NCBI GenBank assembly: GCA_030704615.1
Contig: CM060732.1
Span: forward strand, 74,772,001 to 74,836,000
DNA: 64,000 nucleotides
DNA from: Takakia lepidozioides
Lineage: Eukaryota; Plantae; Bryophyta
Direction: 5' to 3'
Shown here one piece after another: positions 1-12,300 of the stretch. Under the pieces are notes generated by a model. That model was not told where the DNA came from and made no database searches. It worked only from the letters and a program-made list of their open reading frames with translations. Every line of letters starts with the position of its first letter. Position 1 is the first letter of the stretch. The position numbers and the translations under genes are program-made.

Positions 1-119
1 CCCTCTCCTGTACCTTTGCAAAAACATGAGGAAAAAGAACAAATCATGATACTGACAGGAAGAACCCACTTTTGCAGAACCAACAAACTTCTCCCTATTG
101 TACATTAAGAAAGCCACAC

Positions 120-980
120 CTTGCCATTGTGGTTGTCCCACCATTGTGAAGGATCTTTAAAAAACTCATGCCAGCGCTGCTCCATGCTCCAGGGTAGACC
201 TTCATGCCCAAAATTGTCTACAGAATCAACACTTTGACACTTTTTTTTTTTTTTTTTTTTTTTTTTGGGGAGTGCTAGTGAAGCTTTCAACAGCATTCAT
301 GCAAGTCACTGGGCTCCATTGGACTCTACACAATGAGGCACATATATAGAAACTTAGACATATGCTAAATAAGCTTGGGCATGACAAGGCTGCCCCTCTC
401 ATCAGGTCACAGTGAGTATGACTCACTTTCAAGATTTGAAGGTGCTCGACCATCTACGCCAGAATCAGAACTGCACTCTGATAACTTTCCACCACCAGGC
501 TGTTCTTGATCTTGTGGCACTGCAAATAGTTTTTCTTTCACCCAAGGAGGATTGAACCAAACCTCAATCCAGAAGACCTCTTGGCTGAGCTGCTTATGTC
601 TGTTGTCTGGAGATTTTGGATTGGTCTGTGAAAACGACCAGGGAGCAGCTGAGCAGCCACAGTCTCAACCCTCCCAAGTAACTTGCGAACTCCAGGGAAA
701 AGACCTTGCGCATCCTACTTTCATGCCCTGCTTATGAAACACAACCTACGACACTGACAGTAAGGGTAGTTTCTGCAGAGCAAACCGAGATTCTAACTTC
801 ACTCAACAACTATGGGTACAATCTAGTCCACACAATACTACCATACCAGAGTACAGTCAAACCTAAAATTCCTTCACATCCTACATGGAGAAAGCTCACC
901 TTGTCAACGCTGCAGTCCCACCATTGTGAAGGATCTTCAAGGACATCCTGCCAGCGCTGTTCCATGCTCCAGCATTGACC
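120..980 (-). pseudogene. OSB-like (organellar ssDNA-binding) PDF-motif gene, partial and probably degenerate; continues off the left edge
   Basis: Spliced minus-strand exons read GQCWSMEQRWQDVLEDPSQWWDCSVDK (~979-900), TNPKSPDNRHKQLSQEVFWIEVWFNPPWVKEKL (~624-525) and WSMEQRWHEFFKDPSQWWDNHNGK (~191-120). These match the WWDNR..K.NPK.PDFKHK..LW..P.WV PDF motif of plant OSB proteins. No clean in-frame 5' exon (1000-1700) was found, and a poly-T run at 241-266 interrupts one exon. Confidence 0.6.
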
Positions 981-1698
981 TACGTGCCAGATATTCCAAC
1001 TATCAGCCTTGTCTAACTATCAGCTTTCTTGCATCTTTGCCCAGAGTATGTTCATTTACGCTGAATTGCTCAAAAGACAATTCCAAGCGTGGATCCTATA
1101 GCGCATACAACACAACACAGCCACCCCAAGCAAAGAACCGCAAAGTGTTTCATGTTATCACCTACTGTGAATGGCATCCCTTAAGGTTGGCGAGGCGCCA
1201 TAGCCACCACATGAAAAGGACTTCGTCCCCGGCGCATTGCCCAGGGGGATGCCGCTTCCAACTCCACAGCCCAGCCCCTTCATCCGCTGCAAGACCCGAC
1301 GCCTCTCGCATGACCGCCACGAGAGCAGAGGGCCTGGGGTATGGAGTCGGCATGCGCGGTCAGGAGAACGCCGGAAGCCGCTGCCATCCCCGCCAGTGAG
1401 TGAGAAAGAGGCAGAAAATATTTGTCGGTCTGTACTTCCAACGCAGGTGCAAGCAACAGCAGGCTCCTCTAAACATGGCAAACGATGTTCCAGCTTCAAG
1501 GATCGCGCATACGTGTGGACCATCATTTGCTCCTGCATTTCTTACTTCTCCAAAACATCACCAGAAGGAGAGAATGCAGATTTCAGCACATGTCGAAATG
1601 CACCTCCCTTCTGCCATATCTTCACCGTCGTCCCGGTCGTCGAGTGACCTCTGCTTGCCTCCTCCCACCTGCAATCTCGTCTGAGCAGAGAGCGAGAG

Positions 1699-1718
1699 AA
1701 CCCTAACCCTAACCCTAG
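1699..1718. promoter_or_regulatory. Telo-box-like (AACCCT)n tract in the divergent promoter between the OSB-like gene and ISY1
   Basis: aaccctaaccctaaccctag about 130 bp upstream of the ISY1 ATG; telo-boxes are common in plant housekeeping promoters. Confidence 0.45.
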
Positions 1719-1848
1719 TTTCACGATTTTCTTACATCAGTAGGAGAATTGTCATCCACTTGTCTCTCTCTCTTAAGGACGACTTTTAGGGTTTGTCTTC
1801 TCTCTCTGTTTGTCAGTGTGTTCTTGCCTGTGTTGTGTGCAACTCGCC

Positions 1849-3279
1849 ATGGCTCGTAATGAGGAGAAGGCGCAGTCTATGCTCAGCAGGTTCTTGCAAG
1901 CCAAGAACGAGGAGAAGAAAAAGCCGAAGGAGAGGCGGCCCTTCTTGGCTTCGGAATGCCGGGATCTGGCAGACGCGGACAAATGGAGGCAGCAAATTAT
2001 CAGGGAAATCGGGCGCAAAGTCATGGACATTCAGAATCCTGGCCTTGGGGAGCATCGCCTGAGAGATTTGAACGATGAGATAAATAAGCTGATTAGAGAG
2101 AAAGGTCACTGGGAGGCAAGGATCCTGGAGCTAGGCGGCCCGAATTATGCCAAAACCGGGCCCAAGATCACCGATGCTGAGGGCAAGGAGGTGAGTTAAA
2201 ATTTCAGTCGTCCAACTGTTAAAGCTCTTGAGAGCGTTGTTTTAAAATGTTAGCAAGTGCATATCGTGTTTGAAACTTTTGTCACGCGTACAATGTCAGG
2301 TGGATGCAGCAAGTGGAAAGGGCATGGGTTACAAGTACTTTGGGGCAGCAAAGCAGCTTCCAGGTGTGAAAGAACTATTTGAGGCTCCTCCGGAGCTAAA
2401 GAAGAAAAGGAATAGATATGAGATGTACCAGCGGATTGATTTGGATTACTATGGATATCGTGATGACGAAGATGGTGTGCTTGAAAAGCTCGAACAAGTT
2501 GCAGAGCAGCAAATGCGTGCCAAAGCTATTGAAGAATGGCAAAGAATTGAAGCTGTTAAAAACGAAGCTCGCAAGGCTGTGAAATCTGGGGAGGTAAACC
2601 GAAATTGACTCTGAACCTGAAGCTTTAGCAGAGCCTTCAGCTTTCCAATGAAATCCTAGATAAAAACAAATGGATGTCACTGTGATCTCCTGCAGATTTA
2701 ATGAGGGTAGTTTGCTTGGCTCTCCAACACATGGGGATCGAGAGACCCAACAGTAGTAAGGGTGGTTGAGGAGTTCTATCGTAGCAAGCTACTGCTGTCT
2801 TTTCGTATGAGACTCAGTTGATTCTCACACATTTTGATTTTTTTCCCTTACTAACTGTCAAAACAATTTTTGCAATGAAAGGGATAGGTTGGCTGTTGGG
2901 GCACCGACACTGACAGTGCAGAAACCATCTGACAGCTTTTAAGGGTTTAGGGTTTAAGGTTTATGTGTTCCATGAGGAGTTTATATCAATGTTTGCCCCT
3001 CTAATCTCATTTATGTTGGTGCACCTTGGACCATAGATTGTCACTGTTAAGCCTCTGATGCGCGAACAAGACGACGATTTTGATGATGAGATTGATGGAG
3101 AAGAAGAGGAGAGGCCCAAGCAACGTGAGTTTGTTGCTCATGTGCCCCTCCCCGACGGAAAAGAGATTGAGCGGATGGTTGTGCAGAAGAAGAAGCTGGA
3201 GCTCTTGAGTAAGTATGCAAGTGAGGACCTAGTGGAAGAGGACACTGAAGCAAAGGAGCTTCTTAATATCCATGAGTGA
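1849..3279 (+). CDS. ISY1: Pre-mRNA-splicing factor ISY1 (3 exons: 1849-2190, 2300-2593, 3037-3279; ~292 aa)
   Basis: MARNEEKAQSML.RF...RRPFLASECRDLADADKWRQQIIREIGRKV...RDLNDEINKLIREK.HWE; GYKYFGAAK.LPGVKELFE; YYGYRDDEDG; FVAHVPLP...KKKLELLSKY. GT-AG junctions keep frame. Confidence 0.97.
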
Positions 3280-5159
3280 GGCAGTTCTGTTTCAGCCTTC
3301 ATTGGCTCTTCTTCAACTTGGCCTTCTTACAGTTGAGAATATTGCCAACATTGATCGAGATGCTGCTGCCAACATCTTAAGGTACTTTGTATGCTATGTT
3401 GAGTGAATTTCAAAGTGCTACTCTTGAGGGGCTGCTTGTAAGTTGGAATCCTGAGTTATGGACATTTGTGGTGTATAGACAAAGAAATGTGAGAGAAAGA
3501 CTGTACCATTGCAGTGATTGAAATGGTCCACAATTGTCTGTGTCAAAACTCTTCGGCCTTGGTGAAAAAACAATAGGCAAGGCCCTAGGGGTTGTGTTTT
3601 TTTCCCTGTTCTATGCGAGGGAAGGCGGAAAACACCTTCCCTCACATGTAATACCAATTTGGTGGCAGGTGGTGATATCTTGCAGGTTGCTGGTACGACT
3701 AAGAGAAATGGAGGTGGCTAGCAGGAAAAACGTGGTTTGATGTACATTCCATAGATCCCTCTCTTCTTTTGGTTCACATGTATTTTAGTTTTTGCTTTGC
3801 ATTTGACATATTCATGGTCAAGAGAGTTACATTGTCTCTCTACCAGGTCTGTATTCTTGCACCAAGAATGACAGCTGCAAGTTCATATTATTGCGGCATT
3901 GACGAAATTAAAAACTTTGTGTGCTTTATGTCTGCAAGGTCTCCCATTGTATGGAACAAGGAGGTCATATTGACGAAAAAGTTGAAGTTATGTCATCTTG
4001 CTGCTAAGTGAGCCGCAAGTAGGTGCTATCCAGAATTCACAGAGTGTCACCAGGTGGCCCACCCTTTTTCCGGTCCATTCAAATCAGGCATAGAACCCAT
4101 GGCCCTACAGGCTCAACTGTGCAATCATAGCCAGGTGGTCCCCTCAGCCTGGGCAGAATCAAACAGTCATTCATTCCCTTTTTGTGGGACAATGCTCCAG
4201 GGTTACATGTACCAACTAGTCGCAGGACCTATATGTATCCCATGCATCTGTTGGGCAGGTAATAATAGTATAGGCAGGTAGACTTGAGTTGGGCAAACTT
4301 TAGTTGTCCAGTTGGGATGATTGATAAAGTGAGTCTACTCCTTGGACAGGTATGTCAGTTCGACTTCCCAGGGATACAATGCCATGTACAGTGTACATTT
4401 CACAACGTTAGTACAAAGCACCAATTGCACTGAAACCCATAAGCATGGTGTCAGCTAGGCCTACTCCATCAAGCCTGTGGTGGGCAGTCTGAACTTTAAC
4501 TGCATTTGAGAAGTAATGTAGAGTGATGCGACTTAATAAAGTTAGTATAAAGCAGCCTTTGCCTGTTCAAAATGAGGCCACCGTTATAATTTTTGAAGCT
4601 ACTGTCACAGGAATAGGTTGTCATACCAGCTTGGAAATATGGCTGGTTTTACACGCATTTCTTTAATGAATATGATGTTTGCAGGAATGTTGTTCTTTAC
4701 ATTATGCGAAAGAATAAGCTATCATGTAATTGAGCTTTAAGTCAAATATGCAGTTGGGAAACATTATGGAAAAACGAATCAATGCCAAATAGAGTTGGCA
4801 GTTTCTGTGAAACTAAGACTCCTAGAAACCAGTGTGTTTCATCCCCTAGGGATGGGGCCCAGTGTTTCACCTCTTTCACGTTTCTCTGTGGACCATGCTT
4901 TTTGGGCTAGCCCCACCACACTGTTAAGGCACGGCTTCGTTCTAGGTGTTGTCTCATAGCCAGGTGCCTCTGCATCAAAGGAAGGAATGAAGGACTTGTT
5001 ACCTTTCCCTGGGCGGTTGGGCCCATCTACTACACAGACAATAGTACAACTGTTGAAAGCTGGACAAAATGCAGTCGGTTGGGTGTCCCAACTACCAATG
5101 CCTGATAGAGTGTGCCCTTGTAATTGCATTGTATATGCTGCTGATGTACTCACAAAAGC

Positions 5160-5359
5160 ACCCAACTGCCTTTTGGCCCATGAAAAGTCACACTTCCCTG
5201 TTCAGTGACTGATTCTACAGTCAGCTATTGCACTTTTAAATTTGCTCCTTTGTTATCTGTGGGAGCTGAACTTACACCCCTTCAATGGAGGTCCTTCCAC
5301 TCAAAGGAGGTCACATCACACAGAAATGTTACTTTCATGGGCCAAAAAGGCAGTTGGGT
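5160..5359. mobile_element. ~200-bp MITE-like element with ~40-bp terminal inverted repeats
   Basis: acccaactgccttttggcccatgaaaagt (5160-) is the reverse complement of actttcatgggccaaaaaggcagttgggt (-5359); no coding capacity; no clear TSD. Confidence 0.6.
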
Positions 5360-6021
5360 TCAAAATTAGTGGATTCAAATTGTATAGGTCATAGGGTTAC
5401 ATTGCTAAGGTTTGGGTATGCACTATGCACATGTTCTTGATTTTTGGTCGAGTATTGCGGTGGGGGTGGGTATTATACCCGGTTAACAAATATCTAGAAA
5501 CAAATCATGGCTTCAGTTATTATTTCATACAAGTTTCATTATAGATTTGCGTAGGTTGATACTTGATACTCGCCCAATGCTGGTATTTACCTTTCAAACG
5601 GAAAGCAGTAGCCTTTACAAAAGCCTAAAGGCTAACAAGATTTTGCAACGTTCTTTTTTCTTGTTTCTCTAATTGAGTCATTCTTGAGCCCTTGTGGGCC
5701 CATTCAAAAAGCAAAGGAAAAAGAAAGAAGGCTTTCATAGTAAAGGTGACTTCATACTGTGGACCAAGAAAAGACCCACTCAAAAAATGCAATGATTCTA
5801 TTGGTTGAGGGTAAATGTTTGTCATATTGGTTTTAGACTAAGGACAAAGACCAAGAAAATTAAAAATGATAAGGTTGATTAGTTTATTATGATGGAGAAT
5901 CTTTTGTCTAGGACCAAACAAGGGACCCTTATGGCTTGAAGGGGCCACTTTTTGAACCCTAGACAAGTTTGGAAACATGACGCATTTTCTTAGACATCAA
6001 AAGAGTACATAGAGAGAAGAG

Positions 6022-8313
6022 TCCGGCCGAAGCCGGCGTAACTAAGAGCCACTTCGCCTCACGGCTACTGCCCCCTTTGGGGGGTAGGTGCTATAAAGAG
6101 TACATACCAAGATAACAGGATTTGAATATGTTATTTTGTTGCGCGGGTCCGGGTTTAGAAGCCGGGTACCCGGCGGGTTAGGATCCGGGTTACCCGGACC
6201 CGGACCCGTGCAATCACAAAAACCCCCGGTTCATTTCTAAAATGAACCCGGAACGGGACCCGTCTGCTGGGTCTAGAACCCGTTAAACCCGTTACCCGCG
6301 GGCCAATGTAGGGGGTCAGGGTCCGGGTCTTAATTTTAGATGGGGCATGCGGGGTCCACCTTAGATCCGGTAGGTTTTGTCATATGTGTGGAGGGGACGA
6401 GCAGCAATAGGCCACTGCAGCAGCCAACCCCACCACGTTATAGCCCAGTGGTAATGCCCACATACCACCTCAAAAGCGGTTGTGGGTTCAATCCACGGAG
6501 TGGTGTCACAAAGTTGACCATAATTTACACCTCCCAAAGGAGGCGTCATATATTATTATTAGGCCAGATCCCACACATCCATGCTATAGTGATCTACCCT
6601 TGAGGCATATTCCTATTCTTAACATGTTTAAAGAATTGAAAAATAGAAAATGGAACTCAAACTTCTATTTTAATTCTTATTCGTGGTATACATATTCATA
6701 TTCATGGTATATTTTGAAGGAATGTCTCTTAAAATAAAATTTATTATTAGGATTTAAATTTTTTTCCAGCCAAAAATAATTTTATCCCTAATTAATCTTA
6801 TTTTTCTAATTTATTTAATCAATAAATTAGGACCCGGATCTGAACCCGTGAACCCGCTAATATTTCCCAACAACTACCCGGACCCTAACCTGAGTCCGTG
6901 TTGACAAACCCGGACCCGGATTTTCCAAATTTCAAAAACCCGGATCCGGATCCGGACCCGGACTTGGCTCCGAAAAAAAACCCGCACCCGGACCCGGCGG
7001 GTTCCTTAAAAAGGCAGAACCCGCACAACACTGGTATGTACTCTTTTCCTTCTTCCCTTGGGTAGTGTCTCTTTAGCTTTGTGCCCAGCACCTCATGGCC
7101 TAAGTTATTTGACCCCAAGGGCTACGACCTTCCGGCGGGAAGGTGGACATCTTTGTGACACAAATCGGTGAGTGAACCCACAACCACTTCCCAAGTGGTA
7201 TGTTCACTGTATATAACTTGGTTGTCAACTATAATTAAGGGGCCTGAGTTGTGAGTGGTCGCTACTAGGCTCATGGGCGTCTCCTTTTCTGAGAAAAATA
7301 TAAAAGATGAATATAATGTTTTTGAAAGTTGAGTTGTCTTTACAATATGAATATTTTAATACAATCCTAGCAACAAAAGCACACAAACAAGCGCAGCCTC
7401 GCTTGCCCACACTAAAACCCACATCCAAAATTGGACACAATCCCATCATTCTACCATAAGCTCTTTAACTACTTCAAAAGCAGCTACAGATGCCCAAATA
7501 AGACAAACACTCAAATTTAGATATGCATAATATATGGGACACCAGCTTAAAACATCTCTTTTGACCCCACATATACCCATCCCCATTCTGTCCCTTGTGC
7601 ACCACTTCCCAATTGCTCCAGATCTCTGACCCACCTACTAAGCCATTGCACCCGCCATATTATACAATGACTAACTAGAGCCTAACTAGGCTCCATGGCA
7701 AATCCACAAACTATTCATGAAACACACTAACACTCTTATTACTCTCTAATTAATGCCGACACTTACCAAGGACGACCATGACCATTAGACTTCCCACATG
7801 GTTGTTGCCATGTCACTGGCCTATGACACCATGCAACTGCCGAGCCAAACTATGCCTAGACATACTATTAGTCATAGGGCTACCTATCAATGCTAACCCT
7901 CTCAATCGCGCCATCCACTTTATCAAATTCACCTACTGTCATGATCGATATCCAAAAGCAACCATCCTAACTAAACGCGACAAGTATGCCCCCATTTGCA
8001 ATCAGAAGACAGGGTTGGAACAAGTCTGGCCCCTTAAGAGTCATCAGAGCCGGAACAAAATGTAACATCAACAATGTTAGCTTGCATGCCTTGCACAAAT
8101 AACTTCAAAACACCTATCACTACTATCCACCAGTGCTTTAAAGCCATACATCATATTGCCATCCAATCCCTTACATCCATCATCACCAACAAATGCAAAC
8201 TTGAACACACTTAGAGATTCCGTAACTTGGCGCTCCAGTGCCTCACACCCCTATAAAGGGTGGGCAGTAGCCGCTAGGCAAAGTGGCTCTTAGTTACACC
8301 GGCTTTGGCCGGA
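6022..8313. mobile_element. ~2.3-kb non-autonomous element bounded by ~52-bp inverted repeats that each begin with a hairpin
   Basis: 6022-6073 tccggccgaagccggcgtaactaagagccacttcgcctcacggctactgccc vs revcomp of 8262-8313 tccggccaaagccggtgtaactaagagccactttgcctagcggctactgccc; no long ORF inside. Confidence 0.65.
6137..7033. mobile_element. Nested hAT-like MITE with GGACCC/CCCGG-rich subterminal repeats
   Basis: Ends tgttgcgcggg... / ...cccgcacaacactg (CAGTGTTG-type hAT end on the right); dense ggacccgg/aacccg motifs at 6140-6370 and 6830-7025 around an AT-rich core. Confidence 0.55.
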
Positions 8314-9393
8314 GTTAGGGGGATTTTTTTTTGAATATGTATATATATATATACTCAGAAAGGGAAGTTGTAATATGGATCTAAGGACCAAGATTTCAAA
8401 AGGTGTGTCCTTGTTCTCGAGCCCTCAATTGCGCTTGCTTAGCCATTTTTCCAACTTAAAAAATAAAAAATCTAGGAAAGAAAACAACGAAACTTAGCTC
8501 ATTCAATGGATAGAGGGGAGGAAATGGACAAGGCCAAGCTTGTCACCGAGAAAGAGACTCGGAAGCAGCCATTCTTTTAGTGGCGAATAATCACCAAATT
8601 TCGACCTCAAAAACTAGAATAAAAAATTCTGTAGCAAATTTTCATGGATGTATCAAACTTCTCCAAATAAAAAAATAAAAGATGGATGAATTTTCCAAAT
8701 GTGGATGATATCAATGGAGGAAAATATATAAAGGGATGATTCTATCCAAATTTGGATGAACAGAATATGTATCTAGTTCCTGCAAAACTCAGTGCTACTT
8801 TTCAGATTTCCGAAAAAACCCGCTGCTCGGAAGGGACAGAAAACTAAAAATCTGATTTAGAGTAGAACCAAAATTTAGAGGGAAAAAAAAAGGCAGGTAC
8901 TGCCCCTTAAGACTGTATGCAGCCACCGTACACTACACAGACATATCCTACTTAGATATTCTTAAGACTTAGATCTTCTTTGAGCAATCGTCCTGAAACT
9001 TACCTCCAAGAAGGTAATTCAAGTGTCGGTAATGATAAAACATGAGACAGGGAGGCGAACGTGGCGGGGTTGGTGCATGCGGTTCTCGCTCGGACATGTC
9101 TCATGAATGCTTGGCAGGATCCATGGGTGCCACACTCCCACGCATTCTATAAAGCGCTTGCCTTTTTCACGTGACTCCGCTTTATGCTCCAGTGGGCTGT
9201 CCACCCCTCGGCCAGGCTCTCATTTAGACTGGCCCAGGAAGGTGCAGCTGTGTAGCTTCACGGATCTTTGAGTGATATTACTTCTTATTACTCGGGAGCT
9301 GTGTCAGACTGCAGTTTGTTGCAGTCTTGTTTCCGATCTGGGACTCGCTGTTTGAGGCTGCTGAGCTGAATCCAGACTTGGCCAGTTGTAGCG

Positions 9394-12300
9394 ATGGTGA
9401 ACGCAACGTTGAACCAGGCTGTTTGCCAGCATCCGCTCCCAGCTGAGGATGAGGTACTCATCTTACTGCGTTTGCATCTCTCTCTCTTTTGCTAGTCAAT
9501 GTTGGGTAGCCAGTTTAGACACACCCGAAGACTTTGGGCGTCTAGAGTGGGCGTGTCGAATCTTGCGGAAAGTGTTATAATTGAGAAGAAGGTGAGTAGC
9601 ATCTTAACGTTCGGATCAATGATCGAAGGTAATAGCTAGACGGAGAGGAGATACGATTGAGGAGGTAAATTAACTGACCGCTGTTTTTTGGGACAGATTC
9701 TCGTGGAAGAGAAGAATGTAGGGAAGTTCGTGACTTTGAATCGCCCGCGTGTGCTGAATTGCCTCAACGTATCCATGGTAATGAGATAAGGGCTTGTCTT
9801 TTCGGTTGTTCATATCATCCCATTTGATTCGCGAATTACTTGCTGCCCACTGAGAGACCACCATCTTTTTGTTTTGTGTGAGGATTTTACTAACTACACT
9901 CTAATGTGTGCGGACAGGTACAAACCCTCATTGCGCTGTACGAGAAGTGGGAAGAAGATGAGAATGTGCACTTCATACTGTTGAAGGTTTATATCTGCAC
10001 TTCCTTTGCTGTCTACAATCACTTTTATTCGCCCAAGTGCTTCTGAATGCCAGCTGCTTTTTGGGAATAAGGTGCAAGTATCTAACATTTCTTGCGAAAT
10101 CAGGGCGCAGGGCGAGTGTTCTGTGCCGGGGGTGATCTTCGCATGTTCTACAACCTGGGAAAGACAAGTACGTGGCGTTTGCTCTCCCTTGATTGCTTTC
10201 CGAATGTATTTCATACGAACTTCGGTCATATGTTTCTCGCATAATCACATGGCCTAAATTTCTCGCATTGCCCCAGCCCATGCCGCACCTGTCCTGCATG
10301 TTGCTTTCTTCTCTAAGTTCTCAAGGCAGAAGCCTGTCAATATTTAGATCGAGTAGGTTTCATGGAAGAATGGAGTTGTATTTTGAGTTGATCAGGTCTG
10401 TTGTTATGCCGCAGATGAATCATGGACGGAGGTTGTGTACTCTAAGTACTGGCTTGATTATCATGTGGCCACATATAAGAAACCCCTGGTGATCCTTCAG
10501 ACATGCCTTTTGGGTCTTAATGGATTGTGGGTTTTGGGGTTAGTCATACTTTGAATGTCATGTCATTGGGACAGAGCAGGAGAGTGGAGAGTGAGAGAGG
10601 GTTGTGTTTGGGCTCTTAAATATAATGTGTATTTGGGATAGAGATTTCAGTAATTCTCTGTAGCTGCATTTTAATCAGAAGAAACCTACTGGATTGTATC
10701 GTCAGCAATTCTGCAATTGGGCATATGGTTTCCTGTTGTAACATGTTTCATTTATTTCTGTTGAGCTTTTATCATCTATACAGGTGAATATAGGAAGAAA
10801 AGGGATAGGTGGTGTGGGCATGGTGCAGGTCTCCCCTTGAGAGAGAGAGAATGTACTCATAAGACGTTGTTTGCCGTAGCCTTGTGGCCATTGACCCCGC
10901 GTCCAGTTTGAACGGAACATAAAGGGACAGAACCTACCTCAGTCAGGGAGTGACGTCGGTAGTAACCTCAGAGAGAACGAGAGAGAGAGAGATAGTGTAA
11001 CAGTCGCTGATGGTTCATTGAATAATGAAGAACAATGGACAGAAAATTGCATCAAAAGACTCATTGCTTGAATCAAGGAGATTTAGTTTTTCCTGGGGAT
11101 TGCCCCTTTTCCAGCTTGTACGGAAAGAGCGAATGAGGGTGCATTGAAACTAATCATGTTTGTGGGGAGTGCTGCAGATAGCTATATGGCATGGACTGGT
11201 GATGGGAGGTGGAGCAGGACTGACAGTGCCTGGGATGTTTGCAGTTGCCACTGAAAAAACTGTAAGGCCAAATGCTGTTAAATTTTCCTGCACTTACTTA
11301 ATTTCATCAATCTCTCCATTCACAGGGTTCCATTTAGTTAGAAGTTTGGGATATCTGGTGCTTTGTTGTTTCAAGGATGGAGTGGTGAAAATGAATAGGT
11401 GTCTTAAATTCTTGTCTGTTTTAGTTCTATGAGATCTCTTAATTCTTGGTTGGAAGTGTTAAATGTCCCGTCTGATTGATTAGTGGATTGAACAGGTGTT
11501 TTCGATGCCTGAAGCAGCCCTGGGTCTTCATACCGACTGTGGTTCCTCCTACTGGCTTTCCCGTCTCCCTGGTCGTCTTGGTATGTTCTCTCTTTCTTGT
11601 GTGGACCATTGCATTCAATTTTGCATCCTGGCATGCACTCCCAGTTTTATGAACATGTTGCATGTCAGGAAATTAGTCTGCTGGTTTCTACCCCCTTACA
11701 GAGAGAGAGATATGATGATTGTTTGTGACTTCAAAGATCTTATGCAATATTCTGGACACTGTTAGCTTATGTGAAGATGGAATTTGCAGGAGAGTTTTTG
11801 GCCCTAACTGGGCAACGCCTGGATGGACGTGACATGCTTGCTTGCGGCCTTGCAACACATTTTGTTCCTTTGAAGGTCCACTTCAGTAACTCTTACCCTA
11901 TAGAGTGAAACAATGCTGTTGTCCCTTCTGCTTTGTGTCCGAGTGAATATGTTCCTTAGCATCTCATGTTTGGACATGGTAAAATGACACAGGTTCTGCC
12001 TGCATCAAAGGTATCAAATACCAATGATTAGCCTGTCAACAATATATGAGGGATACGAATGGGAAACGGTTAAGTCACGAAGCTGAAAACTGCGGAAGAG
12101 ATGTAGACATTGGATGCTGTCTTATGATTGTCCATTTCCCTGAAATACAAGCCACAACGTCCACATTCAGTTGGATCTGCCACTAATTTGTCTGTGTGAA
12201 TTTACATGGTCACTCTACTAGTTGGAAGGTCCCTCGGATAGGGAGGTCCTGAGACGACAACACCATCAGGGTGTCACACTCATGCTTAGTATACAGGACT

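Noticed and set aside
926-1706. Overlapping plus-strand ORFs upstream of ISY1
   Set aside because: GC-rich 5' region of the minus-strand OSB-like locus; no homology recognised
2941-2963. Interstitial telomere remnant in ISY1 intron 2
   Set aside because: Only about three imperfect units; common as telo-box-like sequence in plant introns
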